DNA of 63,407 bases, filler included, from Octopus bimaculoides (lineage: Eukaryota), in assembly GCF_001194135.2 (NCBI RefSeq). It is 5 parts of 5 records of this genome, joined end to end, with 100 filler letters (N's around TTAATTAATTAA, not from the genome) between each part and the next. Parts side by side here need not be neighbours in the genome. Positions count along the whole stretch, not along the records: positions 1 to 26,323 come from NC_068999.1; positions 26,424 to 35,601 come from NC_069007.1; 3 more parts are not named here. One strand, written 5' to 3'. Numbering within the stretch: the first letter of the stretch is position 1; the number at the start of each line of letters is the position of its first letter. Position numbers and translations under genes: made by a program. Shown piece by piece: positions 13,720 to 27,255 of the stretch. The notes under the pieces were generated by a model. That model did not search any database, was not told the origin of the DNA, and was given only the letters and a program-made list of their open reading frames with translations.

Positions 13720-14900
13720 CTCTTTCTTCTGCTTTGAAATCCTTCAAACCTTTCTTCAATTTTGTTCCTCTACATAGATACAACAGCACAGGCTTTCGCG
13801 TATCACAAAGACACCTACAATCACGTACTTCGTTGTAATATTACACTACCTGACAGGTTATGATGCTTTTCAACATCTTATAGATTTCCCTTCTCAGATG
13901 GTATTTGGTAGAGCTTTCCTAGGAAAGTTCCTCGCTGGTATATTATTATTTCATGTTGATATGTAATCCATCGCTTAGTTCATATTTCCGTATCCGGTTG
14001 ATTTGTACAGTAGTCATTCTGCTATGTCGACTCCTATTATATAATGTGTTCATGAAGTAGTAGGCCTGTCATCGTAGATAGATGCAATAAACTTGATGGA
14101 AGTATTTACCCTTCCTATGTGAGAGAAGATGAAGTTAAATTGTATAATATAGTCTAGAAATTTAAAAGTTATTAATAGAAAAGCATTAATGCCATTCAAA
14201 TAGAAACAAACGAGCACCTTTGGAATTGGAACTTAGAAAATACAGGTATGGAATTGTATCATCTTAAACACTCTGTCCTTTGTTGCAAGTCTCCACTTTG
14301 ATGCTCTCTAAGATAAATGAGTGTCTCTGCGTTGTCTTTCACATAGAAAGTTCATATTATAATATCTTTATTTCTCTCAGTTTCACCAGAACTGTCGCCA
14401 GAATGATATTAATTCAGACCAAATCCTATTTACACATGCTCTTGTTATTTATAATACGTGTAAAAATTGCAAACACAAGATTTTTGTTTCAGCAATGTCT
14501 TTTAGATTGCTTCCAATAATAAAGAATTAACATTTTGCTGCCATTCACCAAATCTAAGCCATAATGCAAATGCCTCTTTTCAAGTCTTTAATATTTTTGG
14601 TAGCTTTCCCAATTTTCTATATCACAAAAGAAATTATGGTCATTTTAATCTCCATAACGTTTCTAGCTCGGTGCCCAGATATCGCTATTATATCTATTAT
14701 TTTTCTTCCGTTCAACTCAAATCTGTAGCAGCCATATTGAATGCTAAAATTAATCAGTTGGCATGTCTTCTTTTCCTCCTGACAATTAGTTTCAGATCGG
14801 TCGTCTGGTCTACATCGAAACCAACGCCACATCATTTTCGTTTGGCCATTTCTTTATTGCGCTTTCTATTTGATCTACGGACATTTCTCAACCTTTAATG
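13720..14900 (-). mobile_element. Highly decayed RTE-like LINE (endonuclease to RT start)
   Basis: Scattered minus-strand motifs in the expected order: CGVGFDVD (EN), GVDIAE*LL (RT start), QIPSEKGNL*D, EERFEGFQSRR. Many stops. Confidence 0.5.
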
Positions 14901-15295
14901 TCGTGCCATATTTCTTAAACACTTACGAGTAAATTCGCTTTTGTGTGGAATCACGAAGTCTCTTTCAATAAGTATACAACGGTTCCTAACAAAAAAATAA
15001 TAAACAAAACAGCTGGTTTCCTAGTCTCTGCTAAAGACATATCTTGTTAATTTATTCCATTATAATACAGTGTTCTGTATCTGAGTTACCTTATTTGCTT
15101 GTTAAAAGAAAACTTATTGTTGTATTAACAGACCGCATTCTCCAACCTGTAATTCTGTAAATATGTATGAAATCTGCTCAGTTTTACCTTTCGTAAATGT
15201 TCCGTGAGTACCACCAGGCGATTTCTACAACCTGTCTGCCGTTGTTAGTTCCGATATTTTTTCTATATATATATGTAAAATGTAGAACAATCTTC

Positions 15296-15480
15296 AGCTG
15301 CACAAAGATATAGAAAGTTCATGAAATTACATTTGAACAGAAGGACATATTTTGGGTCTGGCTAAGTCAAAATGTTTTTTTGTATTCCTCCTTTCTACTT
15401 GGAGAGTTTAGATTTAATTATAAAAATATGTCCTTCTGTTTAAATGTAATTTCATAAAATTTTAATATCTTTGTACAGCT
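15296..15480. mobile_element. MITE-like element with about 58-bp inverted arms
   Basis: agctgcacaaagatat...gaaggacatatttt is inverted at 15422-15480. Confidence 0.6.
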
Positions 15481-18400
15481 AAAGATTGGTGTACATTTTA
15501 TANNNNNNNNNNTATATATATACATATATCATGGATCCGTGCATTATACAAACACATAGTAATGTAAAAGTCATGAATGGGCAGAGTATATATATTCTGT
15601 AGCCTCTATATTGTCGCTCGGCTTCCTTGAAATAATACCCAGTTCCACCTGAATTTACATGATTTCATTTTTTAATAAATATAGAATGATACACTGGATA
15701 TTACAATCTGAATTACTCAATATTTGATATGAACAGTGACTTTTAACGATGGAACAGCAACATCGATAAAAAGGACAACTGACTGCAACAACAAGAATAC
15801 AAACGAAAAGAGAAAAAGACCCCGTGGCTGCTCTTGTACTCCGTAGTTCTACATCTTAAAAATAATCACAAGATCACTTTAGATTCACCTCCTTAGAAAT
15901 GGAGAAGCGATAGCTTTTTTCTCAAATATCTTCTGTGCCCTAGCTAAATGGGTCTTAGTGAACAACATCAACGACTATATATACAAGTTTCATATGAATG
16001 ATCTGAGGCTTCAGTGTGGTTTCTCGAGCTGGTAAAGATACCATGTAAATCTACTTCAGATTACACATGAAGTCACTAACATCTTTAAAAATATCACATT
16101 ACATAATGAAATGCCTCAATGTACTCTAACAATATTGCTACGGCTGGAATAGCTTTGATGTTACAGCAAAGTTCAATCAAACCACACATTCATAAGGATG
16201 GCCATTGGCGTCTAGTTAACTTCTAGACTTCCATATTAGTGACGAACGGAATGTCAGTGTGTGGCATAGAATTTTAGAGTTAGCTTAAGATTGAAAATAC
16301 CTAAGGTGAAATATATCTGTCTTTTATTTATTTCTTGATTGTCTCAGCATTTTTGCCGTTTACTCGAGAAATGCAAAACAAACTGGCACCGGAGTAAGAG
16401 GAAAAACCAAAGACAACGTAAAGGATTGAATCGAACTAAGGTCGCTTATATTCCAACTAAGCGATTTACATTATTGGCAAGAACCATTGTCACGTTTACC
16501 TTTGAAACGTGACTAAATAAATTGCAAACCAAACGTCTGGAGAAAGCTATTAATTCAAAGCCATTGCCAGGAAATGCCCATTAGTTTTATGTAGTTTTTC
16601 TTTACTTTTTCTTTTTTTTTTTACAGTCTGTTTGATTTAACCGTACCAGTAGTGTTTCAGAAGAGAAAATAACTTGAAGAAACATCACCTCTGAATTGAA
16701 AGCAGGAAATATATAAATCTATTTGTCTTTTGTTAGATGTCATGTTAACCGATATATATGTAACTACACGGTTTTCGTTTTCTGTAATTTATCTTTTAAA
16801 CTTGTCACATCACATTTGGCGAGAACATGGCCTTTTGTTCAAGACATTTCTACAAGAAGATGGATGTTTGCTTTGGAAAAAGGTCAAGAAAATAATGTTC
16901 CATTAATGTTATTGAGAAATGTATATGCAACTCTCACAAGCGGTGGATTAGATTATAAGTTTTCGTTAGTATTTCGTAAAATACAAGAGGTTTGCACAAT
17001 TTCTTTGTGTTATGGTCGTTAATAATTCGATCATCTCTCACCCAGAATTAGTTATTGTTTACATTCTGTTCAATGGAATTTCTGGTGAAATTTTTGCTTA
17101 GATGTGTGCGCATTGATGCGATGACTGACATCGAAAAATGGCTGGAACTTGTATGTTTTTTTCTAGTTTACTCAGTGATAATGTCTACTCATAGACTCGC
17201 TCTTAGTCTTTGTGTTTCTCCAGTTACACTTTAGACATGCAAGTACACACTCAATAATATAGCTGTCACTTAGAAGATAAAATACATTTCTGATATGTCT
17301 CTGATGTAGTTGGAGAGATGCAACGCACATTAAATTTTAGAAATGCTTTAACATAAGGGTAGGACGAACAATGAGATGCTAAGCCCTGGCGCATTTTAAT
17401 TCTAAGGATTTGGTTACACTATAAAGATATTAAAATATTCTTGAATCAGAAAATATGCTCACCTTCATAAGCTCGTACTTCAGTTAAATATCGAAAATAA
17501 ACAACGAAGAAAATAAATAACGCTCAAATTTTGAATAAGCTTCCCTTCAACTGAACGCAAAAAAAAAAAAATAATAACAAACAAGTTTCTCCGAAATGTA
17601 ACCCACCTGTAATCTTAGTAATTCTTAACATAACCTCAAGAACGCATCATTTATTGCTGTCGGGGTGGAATGACTAATTCAGATGACATAGTTTATCAAT
17701 CTTCAGTATGTATGAAATAATGCAAAATTGACCTGTGCAGGATTTGAACTCAGAATGTAATGAATTGCCATCACATACTACAATTTATTTGTTTGAAACT
17801 TCGGCCGATCTGAAATCCACCACTCTTAGTATTACTTTGTTCATTTATTTCTAAATGGGAAAAGGGGCCACATGGTTTGATCCAGAGTATATTAAATTTT
17901 CATCGACTTCAGTGCTCCTGGTATTAATCCTGGAAAAAATGAAGGTTTTCCAAAACACGAACAACCAGTTTGAATCAACGCATGACAGAGGACTCTGGTG
18001 AAGTTAATTAAGCCCCATATGGTCGTGTGTTGAATACTTACTTGCATCTGCTACAGGTACGATTCCTTGCAAGCGATTTTATTCAACTCTCAGCTAACTT
18101 ATTTCATTTAATCTGATCTGATTTAGAAGAGAGAAGCTACGGTTAACGACACTTACGCATGGTGCTGCGTAGCAAAATCGAACCGGAAACCACGTTTTCA
18201 ACCGCGTACACATTAACCCCTTAGCCATATCGGCAGAAAGCTAATGGATCTTGATACAACAAACCTATGAGTAAAGGCATTTCACCCATGACCAATTTGT
18301 CGCTTTGTGGGAATTACTTATGTGGTACCACGTTATGTACCTTACTCGTGGATATCTTTCTTTTCTTTCGCTACTATCAAATTAACCTAAAATGTGGCAT

Positions 18401-19769
18401 TTATTTAAGCAGATCCCGCGACAGAGTGCACACTCCATGTCACTAGAATCGTGTATGTTTTCTTAAAATAATGTTTTCCATTCTATTCTGCTTCATTGTA
18501 GAAATTCAGCCGATACAAGTTTTAAGTTTGTCTTTTGAAATACTCTTTCTTTTAATTCTTTAAACTTTTCGTATTTTGGTTTTTGTCTTTACTCTTCCTA
18601 ATTAATTTAGATATGTGGAGGTATATGAAGTAATTCCAAAGTCTTAATCAGACACCTGAAGTGAATGAAATTATGTTTGCTATGGTTGTGAAACATGACC
18701 GAATACAAGCAACACGATTTCAACAAGTAAGTCTAATCTAATTAACTAACCGACCTTTGTAATTCTCTTAGAAGAGATAAAAGAAGCGGCAAAAGTAGAC
18801 ATTAAAAGTAAAGAATTTTGTTATTGTACAATTTATATTTAACTCTGATTGAATATATGTTCCAACTATAACCATCGAATATATGTTCCAGCTATGGCCA
18901 TCCAATCTCAAATTATTTTGAAATATATAGTATCTTCAATTGAGGCAGTATTTGATTACAATAGTCATCCGGATATCATACTTAATATATATACACCGTT
19001 GATTGTCCTATAATTCCAGTACAATCACTTTTAATGGAGGGTGGTAATGTGAGTGTGGTTCGAGGACGTTTATAACTACCATTTCTAGCAAGACTTAAAG
19101 ATCTTAGGATCTTACTAGTTTATTCCTTCAAGAGAAGTATTGCACACTGTCCGGTCCAAAAAACAAAATGAGAAACATCTCAGGAAAAATCGATCGAGGG
19201 AAGTGCAGTTAATGGAAGACATTTTCAGTGCAGTGAGGCAGGGGACTGTTAAACTTTCAGATAAGACACATCCAAATATACAATGCATTTTCCTGACACG
19301 CAAGAATAACATTATCTAATGCTCTTGCAGTAGATTGGTAGCTTCTTTGAGGCTAAGTAAATAAATGTCACAGAAGATTTCACGGAACTGCTCGGAGGAT
19401 TTCGACAAATAACATATTTTTACCAGATGTCTTCTAAAACAACAAAATGACATGCCTATCATAGATTATTTATCTATTCAAAATATATCCTACTTGATAT
19501 ATGTGTGTATAGTGTTTTCGTAAATATCTTCTGTTCCTACCTCTATCCTTTCCTCCTAGGAAGTATAAATATATGTACATATATATATATATTTATATAT
19601 ATATATATATATATATACGCATATATATACATATATATGTATGTGTGTATACACACATATGCATACATGGAGATTTCAAATTCGCCAAAAAAAAAAATAG
19701 ACGAAGACAGGTGTAGGAACAACAAGCAGGTCTATTAGTTTAACGCTGGGGAAAGATAGAGAAATCTTT

Positions 19770-19797
19770 TACGTTTCTAACCTACGCTCTTCGACAA
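19770..19797 (-). ncRNA. Second, more degenerate hammerhead-like motif in the same repeat family (about 19690-19860)
   Basis: The minus strand reads TTGTCGA-AGAGC-gta-GGTTA-GAAAC-GTA, followed by ttctctatctttccccagcg, similar to the 3' flank of the 51761 copy. Confidence 0.3.
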
Positions 19798-20097
19798 AAT
19801 GGATGAGGGAAAAAATGGAGTGAGAATTTAAAAAAATAACAGAGTGAGGTAAAAATAGTGTGGAGTTCAGCGGTTGAACATGGCGTGTATATATATATAT
19901 ATATATATATANNNNNNNNNNNNNNNNNNNNNNNNNNNNNNNNNNNNNNNNNNNNNNNNNNNNNNNNNNNNNNNNNNNNNNNNNNNNNNNNNNNNNNNNN
20001 NNNNNNNNNNNNNNNNNNNNNNNNNNNNNNNNNNNNNNNNNNNNNNNNNNNNNNNNNNNNNNNNNNNNNNNNNNNNNNNNNNNNNNNNNNNNNNNNN

Positions 20098-20140
<43 letters not shown>

Positions 20141-21607
20141 GATAGAGTATGAGAGTTATTGGTATCTAGAAGTCCCAAAGAGTGGCAGGTAACGATAAGT
20201 ATATGTATGTGTGTATGTATTAATTCATAATTTTTATGTCATAACAAAAACAATTTATATTAGTTTTGAAGGACTGAAGGATTACCCAATGCCTGTGGTA
20301 GAGTATGAAATTATTATTCTCCAACAAACGTAATTTTGACAGTGACTTCGAAGCTTCGACCAACCAAAAAATCATCAATGATCGCTATTCTGGCTGAAAC
20401 TCTAACTTCACTGCCCATAATATTTTTGGTAAAGAACATTTTTTTTTTATATATGCTAGTTTGTGTGTGTGTGCATGTATGTATGTGACTATTTTAATAA
20501 AACCCAATACATAGCAGACTTTCACCCGACATGTGTACATGTTAGTAATATACAAAAACCTATCCGCAGTATTGATTTTTGTTATATTTCAACAAAATAA
20601 TTATATAATATTTTATATTTGTTATGTTTATTTTAATATTCTTATCAGAAATAATCTTTTCTCCTGACTCTGTGCAGCAACTTACTCTCTCCCCCACCCC
20701 ATTTGTCTATCTTCCACTCTCTCTCCCCCTCGCCTCTCTCTCTCTCTCAGTCTCACTCTGCCCCCCTCTCACTCTCTCTGTCCTGTCCCCCTCTTTCCCG
20801 ATTACACTATTCATGTCACTCATTCATATTCGCCATATCCGCCCCTCCCCACTAATTTCTCTTATAGCTTCTATATAGCAGTTCACACACACACACACTC
20901 ACACACACACACACAGACGCAATCTATCACACTTTTATTTCTCTTTTTGTCTGTCTGTCTCTCTTTCTCTCTCTTCTCTTCTCTCTCTGTCTATATATAT
21001 GTATATATACATATATATATATGTATATATATGTATGTATACATATATATATATACACACATATATATATGTGTGTATGCATACATATATATATACATAT
21101 ATATTTGTATACATACATATATATATATGCATATATATATATATATACACGTATATATACATATGTGTGTGTATTTATCTAAGTACATATATATATATAT
21201 CCATTCATTAGCACTTATATGCACAATAAGCATATAAAATACATATGCGTGCGTGTCAGTATCTGCGTGTGTGAGTGTCTTGGTGAGTGTGTCTGTGTGC
21301 GTTGTGTGTGTGGTGCGCGTTCGAATGTGTGCGTCTGTGTATCCGTATGTTCAACAATTTATTTCGACTTCTAAACATTTCATAAAGACAGTTTTCCAAG
21401 CATTTACAACAAGCGGCATATATTATTTCATATGTGAAACAATTATTGTGATCCGCGTTCAAATAGTCGCATCAGAGGACAGCTAACTTTGTGATTTTAG
21501 AAGCATAGTTTTGGCACTATTTTATCTTTACATGTTTCCCTCATTAGATTCACCCGTACTGGTGCTCTCCCTTGAGCTATTTTAGTCGAATGAATCAACA
21601 CTGGAAC

Positions 21608-21870
21608 TTACTCTATCACACTCTGTTGTCGCACCAGTAAATTACAGGAAGTGAACACACCAACACCGGTTGTTAAGCAGTAGTAGTGAGAGACAAACAC
21701 AGACACAAAGACACAAACACATATTAACTTACAAGCACACACACATGCACACATATGTATATACGAAGCGCTTCTTTTAGTTTCAAATCCACAAAGGTGC
21801 CACGGAGTAGGACCGAACCCAGAACTATTCGGTTGGGATGGGAGGATGTTACCACACAACCACAACTGCG
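21608..21870 (-). mobile_element. Family A SINE, diverged
   Basis: acacaccaacaccggttg...aaatccacaaaggtgccacg...taccacacaaccacaactgcgc. Confidence 0.65.
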
Positions 21871-23183
21871 CGTATTAATATTAATTCATTTTAATCATGT
21901 TCCCTGGTTTTTCTGCAAAACAATGAAGTGAATACAAATATTCGAAATGTTTTTGTGTAGCTTCAACTAAAACAAAAGCAACATTTTCAACTGCATAACT
22001 CCTCCCGTAATTACTCTCCCCTTTCCACTCTCTTACTTCTCCTCTTCCTCTACGCTTATTTGTTTCTCAATGTATGTGAGTGTATATCATTCTTTTACTC
22101 ATTGCCTGTCACCTAGCCGTGCATTAATCCAGCACCTCTAATAATAATCCTATCTGTATACTGCTTTTGCTTTCTCTCTCCCTCTTCTGCCTTAACTCCC
22201 CTCTCTCTGCCTCTCTCTCTCTCCCCCCTCTCTCTACGATTAACCAAACGAACGATTTAAACGACAATAGCCTAATCTCCCGGAGTCAAATCATAACGGT
22301 ACGAAAACTGACAGAATGCCGTAGACATTATAATTCTAAGCATCCTCAAAATATGAGAGAACTGTTTGAATATTTTTAATGACAGATCATCTCGTTAAAC
22401 TTTGAACCAACATGCTTTGTATAGTGATTTCTTAGTTTATATGGTAACAGCTATTTACGGCCGATATATTTAAGCGATCTTACGGATGGCGATGGGCTGC
22501 CAAATTCGTATTCACAGCAGTCTGGTCTCGAAGATGCGTTTATGAATTTGTTTTGTAAGATTCCTGATGTGATATCGTGTCTTGAAGCAGATATTGTTAT
22601 TTTTCGGGATGGTTATTTATTTATTTTTTTTTTGTCAAAGAAACAACCATTGCGTATTCGTTCTCCGCTTCAAATTTCTTTTATTGTTTTTCTTATTGTA
22701 TGTCCCATGTCTGGAAATTGTTCGTCGTACATCATGTGACCTCCATCCCACGTATCTCCTCTTGTCCTGTTTAGTCTAAAATTGCAGCATTTGATATTTT
22801 AGCAAGTATCATTCAGTAGGAAGTCCCTCATATTTTTTTGCATGTGTATGGTTTGTTTTTGTTTAACACTGAGTCAGCACCATCAGGTTATTTCCCTACA
22901 TATTTGTTCTAGCACTGAAATTGCGATCCATAATATTCCTTGTAGTTCTTTTGAACAGCACATCATAAATAGTCCGTTTTACTACGTCACATCGGTGTAC
23001 TTGCAAGTAATAACATAAATCTTTAGCAGGAATTGACTGTTGGACGACGAGAGGAGGCCAGCAACAGCAGTAGCAGCAGCGCGTAGAAAACGAGGCGTAA
23101 ATTTCAATATATTTTGGATATCTTCGTCAGGTTTATCAATTATAAGTCTCGAAGGCAGGATAGATATGTCTGTCACGTGAGTG

Positions 23184-23264
<81 letters not shown>

Positions 23265-23404
23265 GTTTGTACGAGTGCATGGGATTGTGTGTATGTGTTT
23301 GTACTGTTACTGAACAACGTCAGTAAATCTTTTCCAGTGATGTTGAAACAGCGTGCTTTGCAATTAGAAGCCACTGCAGCGAAAACTTCCGTACAGATAA
23401 CTTA

Positions 23405-23435
<31 letters not shown>

Positions 23436-24071
23436 TACCAATGGACATCATTATTGGCTACAAACATTTATTGCAAATGGATATTTTCTTTCAAGACTGA
23501 CAGAGAGTAAAGTAGGAAGATAAGGGAAACAAATAACTTAAAAGTTAACCAAGCTAATAGCTTCAATGATTTGTTTGTTGTGGTTCTGTTCTATTCTCCT
23601 TTTTCATTTAACAACAGTATTGGCTGTGAAACGGAACCAATGGTATCGTATTAGAAGGATTTACCACAATCTAACCACCAGTGATATTGATATTAAGTGA
23701 TTTACTACCATAATAAGTGCTAGACCAAAACCATCGCTTTGTTTATCACCCCCATCTGGATCTTGGGTGTGTTTAGCTGAGCTGCAAGGAAGCAATCATG
23801 AAAGGCTTCATGTCAGTGAAAGAAAACAAACTCATAAATTGATCCGCTTTCTTCCGCTTCAACAGAAAACCTTGTTTTCTGGTCTGTTCGTTTCTTTTAT
23901 TCTTCGAGTTTTCGAAGTTGTACAAAGGGGAGATGTTTTGTTCTTCCTCCTCTGAACAGTTGTCCGAAAGTAACTGATGATGGACGATATACATAGATGA
24001 CGTTCACGGAAACAATAACTGTTACGTTGGTCACTTTCATTCTTTGTCTCTCTCGTGTTCTGTTTTCAAGG

Positions 24072-24109
<38 letters not shown>

Positions 24110-24655
24110 NNNNNNNNNNNNNNNNNNNNNNNNNNNNNNNNNNNNNNNNNNNNNNNNNNNNNNNNNNNNNNNNNNNNNNNNNNNNNNNNNNNNNNNNNNN
24201 NNNNNNNNNNNNNNNNNNNNNNNNNNNNNNNNNNNNNNNNNNNNNNNNNNNNNNNNNNNNNNNNNNNNNNNNNNNNNNNNNNNNNNNNNNNNNNNNNNNN
24301 NNNNNNNNNNNNNNNNNNNNNNNNNNNNNNNNNNNNNNNNNNNNNNNNNNNNNNNNNNNNNNNNNNNNNNNNNNNNNNNNNNNNNNNNNNNNNNNNNNNN
24401 NNNNNNNNNNNNNNNNNNNNNNNNNNNNNNNNNNNNNNNNNNNNNNNNNNNNNNNNNNNNNNNNNNNNNNNNNNNNNNNNNNNNNNNNNNNNNNNNNNNN
24501 NNNNNNNNNNNNNNNNNNNNNNNNNNNNNNNNNNNNNNNNNNNNNNNATTTCTTTTATTCTAGATTTTAAATATTTCTTATGCTTCCCATAGCTAGTTTC
24601 GAATAATAACGTTCCTAACTTCATACATACACACTTACATACATATGTAAGTAAT

Positions 24656-24700
<45 letters not shown>

Positions 24701-26271
24701 GTACACGCATGCATACCTACATATATTCATATACTTATATTAACATATATATTTGTATGTGTGTATCAACGTATCTGTACATCAATAATCAACAAGCATA
24801 AGAATATTTCAATTATATCAATTAGATTTGTAACAATTATATTCTTTATCTTCGTTAAATTTTAAAATTAATTTCATCCTCTAACTCAGTGCAGTCTGGT
24901 TACTTTGTGTTTTCACTTTGTTATTTCGCCGACATTGATTAACTTGTAAAGTACTGAGAAAAGAATTAGTTTCTTCCATTTTCTATTGTATTTTATATTT
25001 AATTTCTAGTTTTTCTTTTTTGTTTATATATAATTATATTCCTATATTTTAGCTAAGTTAGATAAAAGTCGTATTTTATATGTGCATGTAACACTGATGT
25101 GATGTGTGATTTCAGTCATTTCGTTATTAATGAGAACCTCAAACTGGGTATTAGTCTGGCGAGAGAAACTGCGCAGATGTTGGACACAGAGAAATGAATA
25201 CTCTCACCCCACCACAAACATACACAAACACACACAGACACACAAAACGAACACGCACACACGCACATCTACTTAACTCTGATGATGCACACTTACCCTC
25301 TGTACCTTTCAATATACGCACGCGTAGATACAAATACACACACGCTCATACATACATACATACGTACATACATACATACATAGATATAGAGAGAGACTGA
25401 GAGAGAAAGAGAGAGAAAGAGAGAGAAAGAGAGAAGGAGAAAGTGAGAGAGGGTTATTCATTTTGCAATACTTAAACAACGAAAAGCAATAGAAAACTCC
25501 AGCTAATTCACAAGTATTTACTCACAATCAACTTTTATATCCTGTCTTACCAGTGTTCAATGTGGCCTTCACCTGCAACATGAAATACAATCATGCTTAT
25601 ACATATTTTCACATAATTCAATGAAATATTTAATGAATACTATCATAATAAGACATCGGGACATGATAAATGCAAAGACATATAAGCAATCAAACGCTTG
25701 TATACTTTTCTTATGTCTTCAGATCTATCTATTTATCTCTCTGTCATTCTTTCTCTCTCTCACTATCTCGCTCTATCGCTCCCTCTCTCTGTCTGTCTAT
25801 ATCTGTCTCTGTGAGTAATATATGTACGTATATATATATGTGTGGTCTGGTGTGGTGTGTGCGTGCGTGTGCGTGTGTGTGTTTGTATGTACAGAAGGTT
25901 TTATTATAGTTATGTATAGCCTGTTGCTGAGAAAACGAATAACGGGAAATCAATTTTCTTTGTAGAAATTTCTCAAACGATTTTCATTTAACATATTTAC
26001 TTTAATGCGCACAACGTTAAATACATACGGACAGACAGACACATACACACACACACACATATATAATTGATATATGTGCATATTCATGTATATATATGTG
26101 TGTGTGCGTGTGTGTGTATGTGATTGTGGGTGTGACTGTAGATTCGAGGGTGTATAATTGCGTGCGTCGATGTATATTTGCTCCTCTTATATTAACATGC
26201 ATTTTACCCATTCATTCCTTTATAACTACGCCGTAAAAAGAACACCAACTTGTCGAATGCATGCGTACATT

Positions 26272-26323
<52 letters not shown>

Positions 26324-26423
26324 NNNNNNNNNNNNNNNNNNNNNNNNNNNNNNNNNNNNNNNNNNNNTTAATTAATTAANNNNNNNNNNNNNNNNNNNNN
26401 NNNNNNNNNNNNNNNNNNNNNNN
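26324..26423. other. Assembly scaffolding gap (44 N + TTAATTAATTAA + 44 N)
   Basis: Exactly 100 bp. The 12-mer gives stops in all six frames. Identical structure recurs at three other sites. Confidence 0.95.
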
Positions 26424-26473
<50 letters not shown>

Positions 26474-26553
26474 TATAAAGATTGAGAGAGACCCACACAG
26501 ACAAAAACAGATGCACTTTTAGACAAAAACAGTATGACAGGTAGATATATAGT

Positions 26554-26683
<130 letters not shown>

Positions 26684-27220
26684 TACCAAACATTGAGAGA
26701 TAGAGAAAAAGGTAGACAGAATGCTTAAGCATCTTTTAATGTTAATTTTACCATACTTTGAATAGTCTTGTATTTACAGACCGATATAATTCCTCTCTGT
26801 GCCATGCAACTTATAGCAGAAAGGGAATAACCGTGATTATAACCACGAATGTGGTGATGTTTCATGTTGACTGCATCATATAACCCCTATATTATTTTTT
26901 AGAGATGTTGCCATTCAATAGGGGAATATATATGCACAAATATATAAACATATGTGTCTGCGTATACAAACATGCGCCTGCAAAATGATTGACTATTTAG
27001 AACTAACCAGGAGCTGGGTTCCAGTGGGATGGTCGACGGCCCTGGTCGGAGAAGCAGGCCCCTTCGTTAGATGCAGGTGGAGTGTTGTGGAATAGTGCAT
27101 ATAGCCTGACANNNNNNNNNNNNNNNNNNNNNNNNNNNNNNNNNNNNNNNNNNNNNNNNNNNNNNNNNNNNNNNNNNNNNNNNNNNNNNNNNNNNNNNNN
27201 NNNNNNNNNNNTATATATAT

Positions 27221-27255
<35 letters not shown>

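Noticed and set aside
16723-17022. 99-aa ORF, plus a CSRHF (THAP-like) word in another frame
   Set aside because: No further THAP residues or other recognisable homology, and the splice signals are weak.
23773-23994. Minus ORF with KQGFLLKRK resembling a PH-domain start
   Set aside because: The rest of the PH pattern is absent and there are no supporting splice sites.
26368-26379. TTAATTAATTAA as a homeodomain or restriction-type site
   Set aside because: Always centred in 88 N, so it is an assembly spacer.
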